From Pyrobaculum calidifontis JCM 11548 (GTDB lineage: Archaea; Thermoproteota; Thermoprotei; Thermoproteales; Thermoproteaceae), in contig NC_009073.1 in NCBI RefSeq assembly GCF_000015805.1, positions 1,500,001 through 1,532,000 on the forward strand: a stretch of 32,000 bases of DNA, in the 5' to 3' direction. Positions within the stretch are counted from its first letter, which is position 1. Every line of letters starts with the position of its first letter. Both the position numbers and the translations under genes were made by a program. Under the pieces are notes generated by a model. It had not been told where the DNA came from and ran no database searches. It saw only the letters and a list, made by a program, of their open reading frames with translations. Below are positions 14,247 through 23,157 of this stretch, one piece after another.

Positions 14247-14753
14247 CTACCTGTTTGCCGCCCTATATAAATGTTGAACTCTAGCGACGCCGCCTATCTC
14301 CTCGATGTACTCGGCCACTGCGCTTGGGACAAGCTCCTTCCACCGGGGATCTCCCTGCGCCATTAGGCGCCTTACCTCCGTGGCTGAGTAGCCCTCGTGG
14401 TGTGGGTGAGCCCTCACCTCTACCCCCCAGTACTCAAGCGCGGCAGCGACGTAGGGGTTGTTGGAGTAGGCCACTTGGTAGGGGGGACACCAGTGGCGGA
14501 CATATGCACCCCATAGGCTTGAGGAGCCGCCTGTGTCGGGCACTGTGCAAAAGAGGAGGCGGCAGTTTGGGCCAAAGTGCCGCCTGAACATCTCAAGCCT
14601 CTCGCCGGGGGTAAAGGGGTTTTCAAATGTGAGGGCCTTGTCTGCCGACCCCAGCGCTATTACTACCTCGTCGTAGTGCGTGAGGAGCCACTCCACCACT
14701 TTTACATGCCCCCAGTGCAACGGCTGGAAACGTCCTACGAAGAGGGCCCGCAT
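14247..14753 (-). CDS. nadM: Nicotinamide-nucleotide adenylyltransferase (archaeal type)
   Basis: The N-terminal [23 protein letters not shown] matches the GRFQPxHxGH signature. The length of 168 aa is typical. Confidence 0.9.
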   Translation of the reverse strand: MRALFVGRFQPLHWGHVKVVEWLLTHYDEVVIALGSADKALTFENPFTPGERLEMFRRHFGPNCRLLFCTVPDTGGSSSLWGAYVRHWCPPYQVAYSNNPYVAAALEYWGVEVRAHPHHEGYSATEVRRLMAQGDPRWKELVPSAVAEYIEEIGGVARVQHLYRAANR

Positions 14754-14782
14754 ATTTAAAACTGAGACTCCGGGTATTTTAG
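14752..14782. promoter_or_regulatory. Interleaved head-to-head promoters: TATTTAAAA (14753-14761, + strand) for the sRNA candidate and CTAAAATAC (14774-14782, - strand) for nadM
   Basis: The plus-strand TATA box is centred about 25 nt upstream of the C box at 14782. The minus-strand TATA box is centred about 25 nt upstream of the nadM ATG at 14753. Confidence 0.4.
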
Positions 14783-14835
14783 TGATGTTGTAGCTCGCGG
14801 CTGAGGTGTGACGAGAGGCATACTGGCTGACTAAA
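14778..14835 (+). ncRNA. Candidate C/D box sRNA (2'-O-methylation guide)
   Basis: The layout is C box GUGAUGU (14782-14788), a 12-nt guide UGUAGCUCGCGG, D' CUGA (14801-14804), a 3-nt spacer, C' GUGACGA (14808-14814), a 12-nt guide GAGGCAUACUGG and D CUGA (14827-14830). This is the exact archaeal 7-12-4-3-7-12-4 arrangement. The G3, A4 and G6 positions needed for the K-turn are kept in both C-type boxes. Flanking UUUA and UAAA could pair. The element lies in a 77-nt intergenic gap and has its own TATA box. Confidence 0.55.
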
Positions 14836-15628
14836 GCAGAGAAGAAATGTGCATTAGTATCCTCACCACCTTCGCCGCAGTTATGTCGGAGACGTCGAAC
14901 GGGGGGCTGTACTCCATGACATCTACGGCCACGGGCTTTAAAGAGAGCATTAAGTCGGCCAGTAGGAGCTCCAGTTTTCTAAAGGAGAGGCCGCCGGCCT
15001 CCGGCGTCCCCACGCCTGGCGCCTCGGAGGGGTCTAAGACGTCTATGTCTAGGCTTAAGTACACTCTCCCCGAGGCAGTTGCCACGGCGTCTGCCACCTC
15101 GGACCTCGTGAAGTCTGACCCCTCTACCACGTAGAAGCCTGCCTCTTTTGCGTATTTGTACTCCTCGTCGTCGTATGCCCTGACCCCTATGTACAAGGCG
15201 TAGAAGCCCAACTCCTCGTGCGCCCTTCTTGCAAAAGTGGCGTGGGATAGCTTTTGCCCAGGCGGCCACTCGTCGCGGAGGTCGAAGTGGGCATCTATGT
15301 GGACATACACGTCGGGCCTCAGCGCCCTCAGTGCGGCAAGCGTAGCCGTGTGTTCGCCACCCAGCATTATAAAGGGCGGCGTAGTCTTCCTAATGAAGGC
15401 CTCTATCCGCGACACGTTTTCGCCGGGCGCCCCGTGCAGTAGCTCCACGTCGCCGAGGTCGCAGAGCGGCTTTGCCACGTTGCCGAGGACAGTCGTGTAC
15501 TCTAGATACGGCAGAATGCTCCGTATTTTCTGTGGAGCAAAGCGAGTGCCCGGCCTAAAGCTGACGGTGTCCTCCATCGGCGCGCCGAACAGCTTTACGT
15601 CTCCCTCGCGGCAGACGCTCTTAAGCAT
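14831..15628 (-). CDS. speB: Agmatinase (ureohydrolase / arginase family)
   Basis: The Mn-binding motifs GGEHT, HIDAHFDL and SLDIDVLDPSEAPGVGTPEAGG are present. ATG 15628 (MLKSV...) is preferred, with ATG 15649 as the alternative. It overlaps the 3' end of the upstream CDF gene. Confidence 0.9.
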   Translation of the reverse strand: MLKSVCREGDVKLFGAPMEDTVSFRPGTRFAPQKIRSILPYLEYTTVLGNVAKPLCDLGDVELLHGAPGENVSRIEAFIRKTTPPFIMLGGEHTATLAALRALRPDVYVHIDAHFDLRDEWPPGQKLSHATFARRAHEELGFYALYIGVRAYDDEEYKYAKEAGFYVVEGSDFTRSEVADAVATASGRVYLSLDIDVLDPSEAPGVGTPEAGGLSFRKLELLLADLMLSLKPVAVDVMEYSPPFDVSDITAAKVVRILMHISSLL

Positions 15629-16487
15629 GGCGCCTCTTCCTAGGGACAATTTTTATATCAACATGCACTATGAGGGGGTGGAGCTTTGAAATTGCCCTTA
15701 TGGCCCTGGTCCTCAAGACGTGTAGACGGCCGATGGTCATGTCGGGGCTCACCGCCACGAGGGAATACACAACTAGGAAGCTCCCAGCCCTCCTAATTTT
15801 TACGTCGATGGGGCGGCCCAGCTCGCCGAGTGCATCTCTGATCTTTTCCTCGAGCTCCTCGTCTCTGTACAATGCGCCCAGGATTCCGTAAGTGGCCTCT
15901 CTGGCCAAGCGCAGGAACTCGTAGAGCACGTATCCGAATATCGCCACCACAGCCGCCGTCTCCGCGATGTATAAGTGGAACAAGTTACTCACAACAACGG
16001 CCGCGGCGGAGAAAATGGAGAGGAATGTGTCAACCTTGGCGTGTGTGGCATCTGCCTGGAGTATGTCCAGCTTCAACACGCGGTAGTTGTGCTTTTCCCA
16101 GAGGTACATCAACGCCGTCACTGCGCCGCTGGCCAGCAACAGAAGCGTCATCCATAGGGGCGTGGGCTCCCCGTCCAGCTTTATAGAGGATGCCAGTAGG
16201 TAGGTGTAGAAGCCCACCACGGCTATTACAGAGAGCAACGTCAGCAGGCTCTCTACGCGGTAGTAGTCCCATGGGAATGGCCTAGAGCGCCTTGACGCAA
16301 AGTAGAGGCCGAATCCGCTGACGTACGCGATGGCGCTGTCCAGAAATCCGTGGAGTGCATCGCTTGTGACTAGGAGGCTTTGGTACACTACGCCGAGGAG
16401 GAGCTCCGCCAAGGAGTATGCGAGGGATATCGTCCCCATGATGAAGAGGTAGAGAGAGGCAAGCCATAGTCGGGTCGACGGCGACAC
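15621..16487 (-). CDS. Cation diffusion facilitator family metal efflux transporter
   Basis: It has six predicted hydrophobic segments. The paired metal-site motifs are SDALHGFLDS and ADATHAKVDT (DxxHxxxD type). A C-terminal cytoplasmic domain is present. The start is GTG 16487. Confidence 0.8.
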   Translation of the reverse strand: MSPSTRLWLASLYLFIMGTISLAYSLAELLLGVVYQSLLVTSDALHGFLDSAIAYVSGFGLYFASRRSRPFPWDYYRVESLLTLLSVIAVVGFYTYLLASSIKLDGEPTPLWMTLLLLASGAVTALMYLWEKHNYRVLKLDILQADATHAKVDTFLSIFSAAAVVVSNLFHLYIAETAAVVAIFGYVLYEFLRLAREATYGILGALYRDEELEEKIRDALGELGRPIDVKIRRAGSFLVVYSLVAVSPDMTIGRLHVLRTRAIRAISKLHPLIVHVDIKIVPRKRRHA

Positions 16488-16501
16488 GGCTCTTGGAAAG
16501 G

Positions 16502-16517
16502 CTTAAAATATATTTAC
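16502..16517. promoter_or_regulatory. Single AT-rich block (CTTAAAATATATTTAC) between divergent starts 16487 (-) and 16530 (+)
   Basis: The block is centred about 22 nt from GTG 16487 and about 21 nt from ATG 16530. It is only 12 nt from ATG 16521, which argues for 16530 as the glyS start. Confidence 0.4.
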
Positions 16518-16529
16518 TACATGGGCGCA

Positions 16530-18287
16530 ATGGGGCGTGCTGAGCGGCTTGAGGAGATCGTAAAGAGGAGGTTGATCTATTGGCCCAGCTCGGAGATCTA
16601 TGGCGGCATCGGCGGCTTTTATGATTTCGGCCCCCTGGGGGTGCAGATTAGGCGGAATATTGTCGAGAAGTGGAGACGCACCTTCGTCTTACCCTACCAA
16701 GACTTCATCGTGGAGGTGGAAACTCCCATAATTATGCCCGAGCCCGTGTTCAAGGCCTCCGGCCACCTGGACCATTTCACAGACTACGTAGTGACGTGTA
16801 GTAAGTGTGGTAGAAAGTTTAGGGCGGATCACTTGGTGGAGGAGGAGTTGGCCAAGAGGGGGCTCAAGGTGTCCACGGAGGGTCTCTCGGCCGCTGATCT
16901 CAAGCGCCTCATAGAGGAGCATAAGATTCGTTGCCCAGTCTGCGGCGGCGAGCTGGGGGACGTGGAGACATTTAACCTCTTGTTTAAGACGACGATAGGC
17001 CCCTACAGCGACAGCGCGGGTTACCTCAGGCCTGAGACTGCGCAGGGCATTTTTGTGGCGTTTCCGCGGCTCGCGGAGTATGTGGGCAGGAGGCACCCAT
17101 TTGGCGTGGCGCAGATTGGCAGAGTGGCGAGGAACGAGATATCGCCCCGCGGCGGCCTCATTAGGCTGAGGGAGTTTACTCAGATGGAGATTGAGCTGTT
17201 CTTTGACCCACAGAACCCCAAGTGTCCAGTCTTCGCCGAGGTGGAGAACTTGGAGGTGCCCATTGTGCCAGAGGAGCTCGTGGCAAAGGGGGCGACCGAC
17301 CCGCTTTACCTCACGGCGCGGGAAGTGGTGGAGAAGGGGTACGCCAACGAGTGGATGGCGTTCTTCATGGCCCTCGCCGCCAAGTTCCTAAGGGAGCTCG
17401 GCGTGCCTCTAGAGAAGCAGAAGTTCCTCGGGAAGCTCCCCCACGAGAGGGCGCACTACTCGGCCAAGTCCTACGACCAGATGGTTTACACAGAGAGGTT
17501 CGGGTGGGTGGAGGTCTCTGGCCACGCATATCGCACAGACTACGACCTCTCTGGTCACAGCAAGCACAGTGGGCAGGAGCTCTACTTGGAGAGGAGGCTC
17601 CCCGCGCCGAAGGAGGTGGAGGTGGTCCGCGTATACCCCAACCCGGCTACTATAAGGGAGAAGTACGGCGATAGGCTGGGCGAAGTGGTTAAGGCAATTA
17701 AGGAGGCGGAGGCAAGGGTGGCGGAGGCCTTTAGGCAAGGCGCGAGCGAGGTGAGAGTCGGCGACTTCGTTGTGACGCGCGAGATGGTGTTTATCAAGGC
17801 CGAGAAGCGTCGTACCGACTTGGAGAAGTTTATACCCCACGTGGTGGAGCCGTCGTTTGGCCTTGACAGAATTCTATACGTTGTGCTAGAGCACGCGGTG
17901 GCGGAGGAGGGCGGCAGAGTGTATCTGCGCTTGCCGCCCGACATTGCGCCTGTGACTTTGTGCATTTTGCCAATTGTAAAAAGGGAGGACTACGTGGCCA
18001 TTGGTAAGAGGCTTATGAGAGAGTTGGCGTCTGAGGGCTTCCTCGTGCACTATGACGACGAGGGGACTATTGGCAGTAGATACGCCGCGTGCGACGAGGT
18101 GGGGACTCCCCTCGCCGTTACCATAGACGAGAGAACCCCCGTCGACGGCACTGTCACTATTCGCGACCGCGACACTAGGAGGCAGGTTAGAGTGAAAACT
18201 AGCGACGTAGCCCGCTTCGCCGCCTTGGTTAGAGGCGGTGTTCCCTTTGACAAGGCCGCGGAGGCGCTGGGCGCTTCACCTCAGTAA
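16530..18287 (+). CDS. glyS: Glycyl-tRNA synthetase (archaeal/eukaryotic alpha2 type)
   Basis: IYWPSSEIYGGIGGFYDFGPLG, LRPETAQGIFVAF, REFTQMEIELF and VVEPSFGLDRILY are class-II GlyRS signatures. A C-terminal anticodon-binding domain is present. The alternative start is ATG 16521. Confidence 0.95.
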   Translation: MGRAERLEEIVKRRLIYWPSSEIYGGIGGFYDFGPLGVQIRRNIVEKWRRTFVLPYQDFIVEVETPIIMPEPVFKASGHLDHFTDYVVTCSKCGRKFRADHLVEEELAKRGLKVSTEGLSAADLKRLIEEHKIRCPVCGGELGDVETFNLLFKTTIGPYSDSAGYLRPETAQGIFVAFPRLAEYVGRRHPFGVAQIGRVARNEISPRGGLIRLREFTQMEIELFFDPQNPKCPVFAEVENLEVPIVPEELVAKGATDPLYLTAREVVEKGYANEWMAFFMALAAKFLRELGVPLEKQKFLGKLPHERAHYSAKSYDQMVYTERFGWVEVSGHAYRTDYDLSGHSKHSGQELYLERRLPAPKEVEVVRVYPNPATIREKYGDRLGEVVKAIKEAEARVAEAFRQGASEVRVGDFVVTREMVFIKAEKRRTDLEKFIPHVVEPSFGLDRILYVVLEHAVAEEGGRVYLRLPPDIAPVTLCILPIVKREDYVAIGKRLMRELASEGFLVHYDDEGTIGSRYAACDEVGTPLAVTIDERTPVDGTVTIRDRDTRRQVRVKTSDVARFAALVRGGVPFDKAAEALGASPQ

Positions 18288-18319
18288 CACATTTTTAACC
18301 CCCACCCCCTGTATTGTAC

Positions 18320-18667
18320 ATGTCTGAGGGGAAGGACGTGGAAAGGGGTAAGAGGCTGTTGATACCGCCGTTTCTCAAGCCTCAACAGGAGAAGAAAGAG
18401 CAGAAAAGAGGCGAGCGCAGAGTCAAAATACGCGCCGGAGATGTGGAAGAGGGCGTGGCCAAGTTGTCTAAGGACGTCTACGAGGAGCTCGATAAGCCGA
18501 GCGAGGTGGAGGTGGTGGCGCCAGGCGGCTCTTCTCACGAGAAGAAGAAGGTGTTCCGCGCCGTGTTAGACGAGAAGTTAGCCGCGGGGGAGGTGTTGGT
18601 GTCGGCTGAGGAGCTTAGGTCTCTTGGAGTGGCCGACGGCACTGTTGTTACAGTGAGAAAGAGATGA
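18320..18667 (+). CDS. Hypothetical basic protein (115 aa) translationally coupled to endA
   Basis: ATG 18320 has an ATTTTTAA TATA box about 25 nt upstream; the track start, TTG 18314, is less likely. The stop overlaps the endA start (ATGA at 18664-18667). The N-terminal half is Lys/Glu/Arg-rich. The C-terminal [26 protein letters not shown] resembles a small beta-barrel (AbrB/CDC48-N-like) element, but that similarity is weak. Confidence 0.55.
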   Translation: MSEGKDVERGKRLLIPPFLKPQQEKKEQKRGERRVKIRAGDVEEGVAKLSKDVYEELDKPSEVEVVAPGGSSHEKKKVFRAVLDEKLAAGEVLVSAEELRSLGVADGTVVTVRKR

Positions 18668-19218
18668 TCAAAGGCGTCTTGAGGGGCCTTGCGGTAGTTG
18701 TAGAAGACGTAGAAAGCGGCAGGGAGCTGTATAGGCGGGGCTTCTACGGGCGGTTTCTAGGCTATGACAAGGTGAAGAGGGAGGAGGTGGATAAGGTAGA
18801 TGCCCCGCTGATACTAGCCCTCTACGAGGCGTTGTACCTCGCGGAGAAGGGGGTGTTGACGGTGGTGGATGAGAACGGAGTGGAAATACCGCCTCAACAG
18901 TTGGTGGAGCTGGGTAGGGCTAGGATTAAGAACTTCGACGATATATACAAGATATACAAGTACTTTAGAGACTTGGGCTACGTGGTTAAGAGCGGGCTTA
19001 AGTTCGGCGCCTTGTTCTCAGTGTACGAGAAGGGGCCGGGCATAGACCACGCGCCTATGGTGGTAGTGTTTTTGGAGCCTGACAAGGGCATCTCGGCTAC
19101 GGACATTACGAGGGGTGGGAGGCTGGGGCACAGCGTTAAAAAGACCTTTACCTTGGCCACTGTGCTGAAGCCGGCGGGGGAGGTGGCTCTGCTCGGCTTT
19201 ACCTGGGCGCGCCTCTAG
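18664..19218 (+). CDS. endA: tRNA-splicing endonuclease, catalytic subunit
   Basis: [33 protein letters not shown] contains the conserved Tyr and His context. The length of 184 aa fits the crenarchaeal catalytic subunit. Confidence 0.8.
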   Translation: MIKGVLRGLAVVVEDVESGRELYRRGFYGRFLGYDKVKREEVDKVDAPLILALYEALYLAEKGVLTVVDENGVEIPPQQLVELGRARIKNFDDIYKIYKYFRDLGYVVKSGLKFGALFSVYEKGPGIDHAPMVVVFLEPDKGISATDITRGGRLGHSVKKTFTLATVLKPAGEVALLGFTWARL

Positions 19219-19601
19219 TCTATCTTGAGCTCGGCCACTCCGTACTCCCCCGCCTTGCCCACCACCACTTGCAATACGCCGTCTCTGTAGACCGCCCTGG
19301 CGCTGTCCACTCTGAGCCTGAAGGGTAGCTCTATTTTTCTCGACACGGGGAAGTTGGAAATGCGCTCTCTTCTAATGGGCTTCCCCTGGGCCTCTTGTTG
19401 CGACGGCGACGCCGTGACTTCCACTGAGCGGTCGTATACTCTAACCTTTATCCCCTCCTTCTTCACGCCGGGCATGTCTATGTATATAACCACGGAGTCT
19501 CCTAGGTCGTATATATCCACGTCTGGCTGTCTCTCCACTTTGCCGACATTGGAGTCGTACAGCTCTTTGAGGCCTTCCTCGATCTTCCTCACTGGCTCCA
19601 T
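19215..19601 (-). CDS. Small heat shock protein (Hsp20 / alpha-crystallin family)
   Basis: An alpha-crystallin domain is evident in [27 protein letters not shown] ... [12 protein letters not shown]. The minus-strand TTTTTTAAG TATA box is about 23 nt upstream of ATG 19601. Confidence 0.9.
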   Translation of the reverse strand: MEPVRKIEEGLKELYDSNVGKVERQPDVDIYDLGDSVVIYIDMPGVKKEGIKVRVYDRSVEVTASPSQQEAQGKPIRRERISNFPVSRKIELPFRLRVDSARAVYRDGVLQVVVGKAGEYGVAELKID

Positions 19602-19648
19602 GTAGAAAACTGCGGCCTCTTAAAAAACGGGGCTGGGTATTATCTGTG

Positions 19649-19867
19649 TTATTTCTGTCCAACGACGCCTATGATCTCGCCGTAGGCGTTTATTGGGAAT
19701 GAGCGGCCGCACTTGGGGCAATTAATGCTAAAGCCAATGTTGTACCAGCTTTCTCCAATCTCTACCTCGAACTTGTGTTTACAGTATGGGCATGTGGCGC
19801 GCACTTTTAGCGTCTTCTCCAGCTCTCCGCCTGAGTATTCCCAGTCTTCTGGAAATTCCTGGGCCAT
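19649..19867 (-). CDS. Zinc-ribbon protein (72 aa), unknown function
   Basis: Two CxxC pairs are present (CPYCKHKF ... CPKCGRSF). It is a clean ORF with a promoter shared with the divergent gene. Confidence 0.6.
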   Translation of the reverse strand: MAQEFPEDWEYSGGELEKTLKVRATCPYCKHKFEVEIGESWYNIGFSINCPKCGRSFPINAYGEIIGVVGQK

Positions 19868-19884
19868 GGGGGGCGAGGTGGATG

Positions 19885-19895
19885 ATATTTAAAAA
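19885..19895. promoter_or_regulatory. Single AT-rich block (ATATTTAAAAA) between divergent starts 19867 (-) and 19911 (+)
   Basis: The block is centred about 23 nt from ATG 19867 and about 21 nt from ATG 19911. Confidence 0.45.
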
Positions 19896-19910
19896 GGTAA
19901 TCTTCGACAC

Positions 19911-20627
19911 ATGGACTTCTGGGAGACGTTGGCAAGGCGGCGGTCGATAAGGAGGTTTAAGCGTGTTAAAATGCCAGAGGAGGACGTAATTCGCATAATG
20001 GAGGCTGGGCGGTCGGCGCCGACAGATGCAACTCTGCATCTGTGGACCGCTGTGCGGATTGTAGATGAGGCAAAGAGGGCCAAAATCGCGGAACTAATTG
20101 CGCAACCCCACGTGGCCGAGGCCTCGGAGTTTTTCGTGTTTCTGGCGGATTTGTATAGGCTGGAAAATTTGTTAAAGCACAGGGGGAGGGAGCTGGCGAA
20201 AGACCGCTTCGCCCTTTTCGTATTCGCGGCAGTTGACGCAGCTTTGGCGGCTGAGAACATGGCCCTGGCCGCTACTGCGCTTGGCTACGGCTCTTGTTTC
20301 ATAGGCGCGGTGCAAAACGCCGCTGAGGAGCTCATAAAGATTCTAGAGCTTCCACGTCTGACTTATCCACTCTTCGGGCTGGCGATTGGCGTCCCCGACG
20401 AGGACCCGCCTCCTCGGCCTAGGCTCCCCCGCGACATGTTGTTCCACGTGGACAAATACCGGAGTTACAGCAGAGAGGAGCTGGATGAGGCGTACAGAGT
20501 CATGGCGAAGATAACGAGGTCGGGGGACTGGCTGAGGCTGTTGGAGAGATATGCGGCCGCTGGGGGCTACTTTGAGGCGAGGAGCGCCCTCATGCGGCGG
20601 CTCCTCGGCGAGCAGGGGCTTGGGTAG
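19911..20627 (+). CDS. Nitroreductase-family FMN oxidoreductase
   Basis: The N-terminal [15 protein letters not shown] (RRSxRxF signature), [11 protein letters not shown] and the central GYGSCFIG are typical of the nitroreductase fold. Confidence 0.8.
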
Positions 20628-20629
20628 CA

Positions 20630-20638
20630 TTTATATAT
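20630..20638 (+). promoter_or_regulatory. TATA box (TTTATATAT) for the first gene of the arcade cluster
   Basis: It is centred about 23 nt upstream of ATG 20657. Confidence 0.45.
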
Positions 20639-20656
20639 TTGCCGGTTTTGGTTTCC

Positions 20657-20998
20657 ATGGCCACTATTAGGGGCATCGTCATTAGCAAGCAGTTGGTGTA
20701 CGACCCGAGCGGCGCTAGATACATAAAAGTCGATATAATAGAGGAGAAGGAGTTGCCGGGCCCCGTGGCGGCCTTTTCTGCGCAAGATGAGCAGACGGCG
20801 CAACTCATGCGCGAGGTAATGCCGCTTGTTACACAGATAGTGCGGTCTCTCCCCTTCGGAGGGGGTAAGATAGCAGTGCCGAGGCTAACTCTGTGGCTGA
20901 CTGACGAGGAGCTGGAGATGTTTGGCGACGTGGACGTGGGCGACGTCGTTTTAATCTCTGTAGAAAATGGCGAAATTAAGGTAAAGCCAGAAGCTTAA
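20657..20998 (+). CDS. rkd-1: Small protein immediately upstream of crenactin; arcadin-1 by position
   Basis: It occupies the position directly upstream of the crenactin gene in the arcade cluster, as I recall the published layout. ATG 20657 (MATIRGIV..., 113 aa) is supported by the TATA spacing; the track start TTG 20639 is not. I recognised no enzymatic motifs. Confidence 0.6.
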
Positions 20999-21002
20999 AT
21001 AG
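20994..21002 (+). promoter_or_regulatory. TATA-like box (CTTAAATAG) overlapping the arcadin-1 stop codon, upstream of crenactin
   Basis: It is centred about 23 nt upstream of the in-frame GTG 21021, about 17 nt from GTG 21015 and only 8 nt from TTG 21006. Confidence 0.35.
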
Positions 21003-22312
<1,310 letters not shown>

Positions 22313-22313
<1 letters not shown>

Positions 22314-22322
22314 ATTTAAATA
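22313..22322 (+). promoter_or_regulatory. TATA box (AATTTAAATA) overlapping the crenactin stop, upstream of arcadin-2
   Basis: It is centred about 22 nt upstream of GTG 22340. Confidence 0.45.
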
Positions 22323-22339
22323 CTGGCGTTGGATATATC

Positions 22340-22951
22340 GTGGATTTTCCCAAGGTCCTCTTAATACGCCACTTCACAGAGGTCTTGGGGATGAAGTACG
22401 CGGGAGAGGGGGGAGAGGTGTTGTGGTTTGAAGAGGGGTTAAACAGGGTGGCGGTTGGGATATACTTCACAGACTTATATGAGGAGGCCGAACTCTACAA
22501 GCGTGTGGGCGCGTTGATGGGGCTAGGCGCGTCTAAGGTCTTCTTGGCTGTGCTCCCCGACGCCTTGGCCTTCGTTGACCCGCGGTATTTTAAGGCAAAT
22601 GGGGTAGGGCTAGTCGTCGTGGACCCCGCCAAGGGCGTAGACGGCGTCGAGGTGAAGATTTTTGCAAGAGCTAGGCCTGCGGCAGTGGAGCCTCTGAAGA
22701 TCGACGCCGTTAAGGCGGCGTTGCATGAGTATTTGGCATCCGAGTTGAAGAGAGTTGAGGAGTCCCTCTTTGAGAAAGTTAGACGGTATGTAGACCAGAG
22801 GGTAGAGGAGGTAAAGAGGGCTTTACAGGCGGTAGAAGAGGCGAAGAGGGCCGCCCCGCCTGTGCAGAGAGCCGCGGCTGAGTCTGCCCAGGAGCCCAGG
22901 GGAGGCATTGGCGAAAATGAGTGGGTTAAGATACTTAGGTCGAAGCGCTAG
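22340..22951 (+). CDS. rkd-2: Arcadin-2 (crenactin-binding protein)
   Basis: This 203-aa protein sits directly downstream of crenactin. From memory, arcadin-2 is 203 residues and binds crenactin through its extreme C-terminal peptide, which here is ...GGIGENEWVKILRSKR. It has a globular N-terminal half, then a helical E/K/R/A-rich segment and a disordered linker. Confidence 0.75.
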   Translation: MDFPKVLLIRHFTEVLGMKYAGEGGEVLWFEEGLNRVAVGIYFTDLYEEAELYKRVGALMGLGASKVFLAVLPDALAFVDPRYFKANGVGLVVVDPAKGVDGVEVKIFARARPAAVEPLKIDAVKAALHEYLASELKRVEESLFEKVRRYVDQRVEEVKRALQAVEEAKRAAPPVQRAAAESAQEPRGGIGENEWVKILRSKR

Positions 22952-22957
22952 GCTGTA

Positions 22958-22969
22958 AGAATATATATT
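22958..22969 (+). promoter_or_regulatory. TATA box (AAGAATATATAT) upstream of the unlisted 56-codon ORF
   Basis: It is centred about 23 nt upstream of GTG 22987. Confidence 0.4.
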
Positions 22970-22986
22970 GGCTAGTCCTCTCACGC

Positions 22987-23157
22987 GTGGACATCCTCCT
23001 CGAGGAGGTTAGGAAAGTCTTTGGGAACACCGACGAGGGGAAGCTCGCAGAGAGGCTCATAGTCGCCTACAGACAACGGGGGGCTAGGGGGGCTAGAGAG
23101 GTTTTAAAGAAGTACTTGGAGGAGTTGGGCGTAGATGTGGCGGATATCGAGAGTTGA
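22987..23157 (+). CDS. Unlisted small ORF (56 aa) between arcadin-2 and arcadin-4; possibly arcadin-3 by position
   Basis: My manual translation from GTG 22987 is (M)DILLEEVRKVFGNTDEGKLAERLIVAYRQRGARGAREVLKKYLEELGVDVADIES, then a TGA stop at 23155-23157. It overlaps the arcadin-4 ATG (23135) by 23 nt in another frame. It has its own TATA box at the standard distance and a helical, charged composition. Confidence 0.4.
   Translation: MDILLEEVRKVFGNTDEGKLAERLIVAYRQRGARGAREVLKKYLEELGVDVADIES

Noticed and set aside
16438-16444. AUGAUGA inside the 5' end of the CDF gene (also GUGAUGA at 11085-11091 and AUGAUGA at 11859-11865) as C boxes
   Set aside because: None is followed by CUGA after 12 nt or by a second C'/D pair. 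All lie inside coding sequence.
17191-17965. Several 66-150 aa ORFs on both strands within glyS (17191-17391, 17222-17674, 17409-17840, 17582-17965)
   Set aside because: They are off-frame or antisense to an unambiguous GlyRS gene, with Arg/Gly/Pro- or Ser/Thr-rich biased composition.
19215-19218. A shared CTAG giving the stop codons of both convergent genes (endA and hsp20)
   Set aside because: It is real but trivial. It follows from two TAG stops on a palindromic tetramer and I see no evidence of function.
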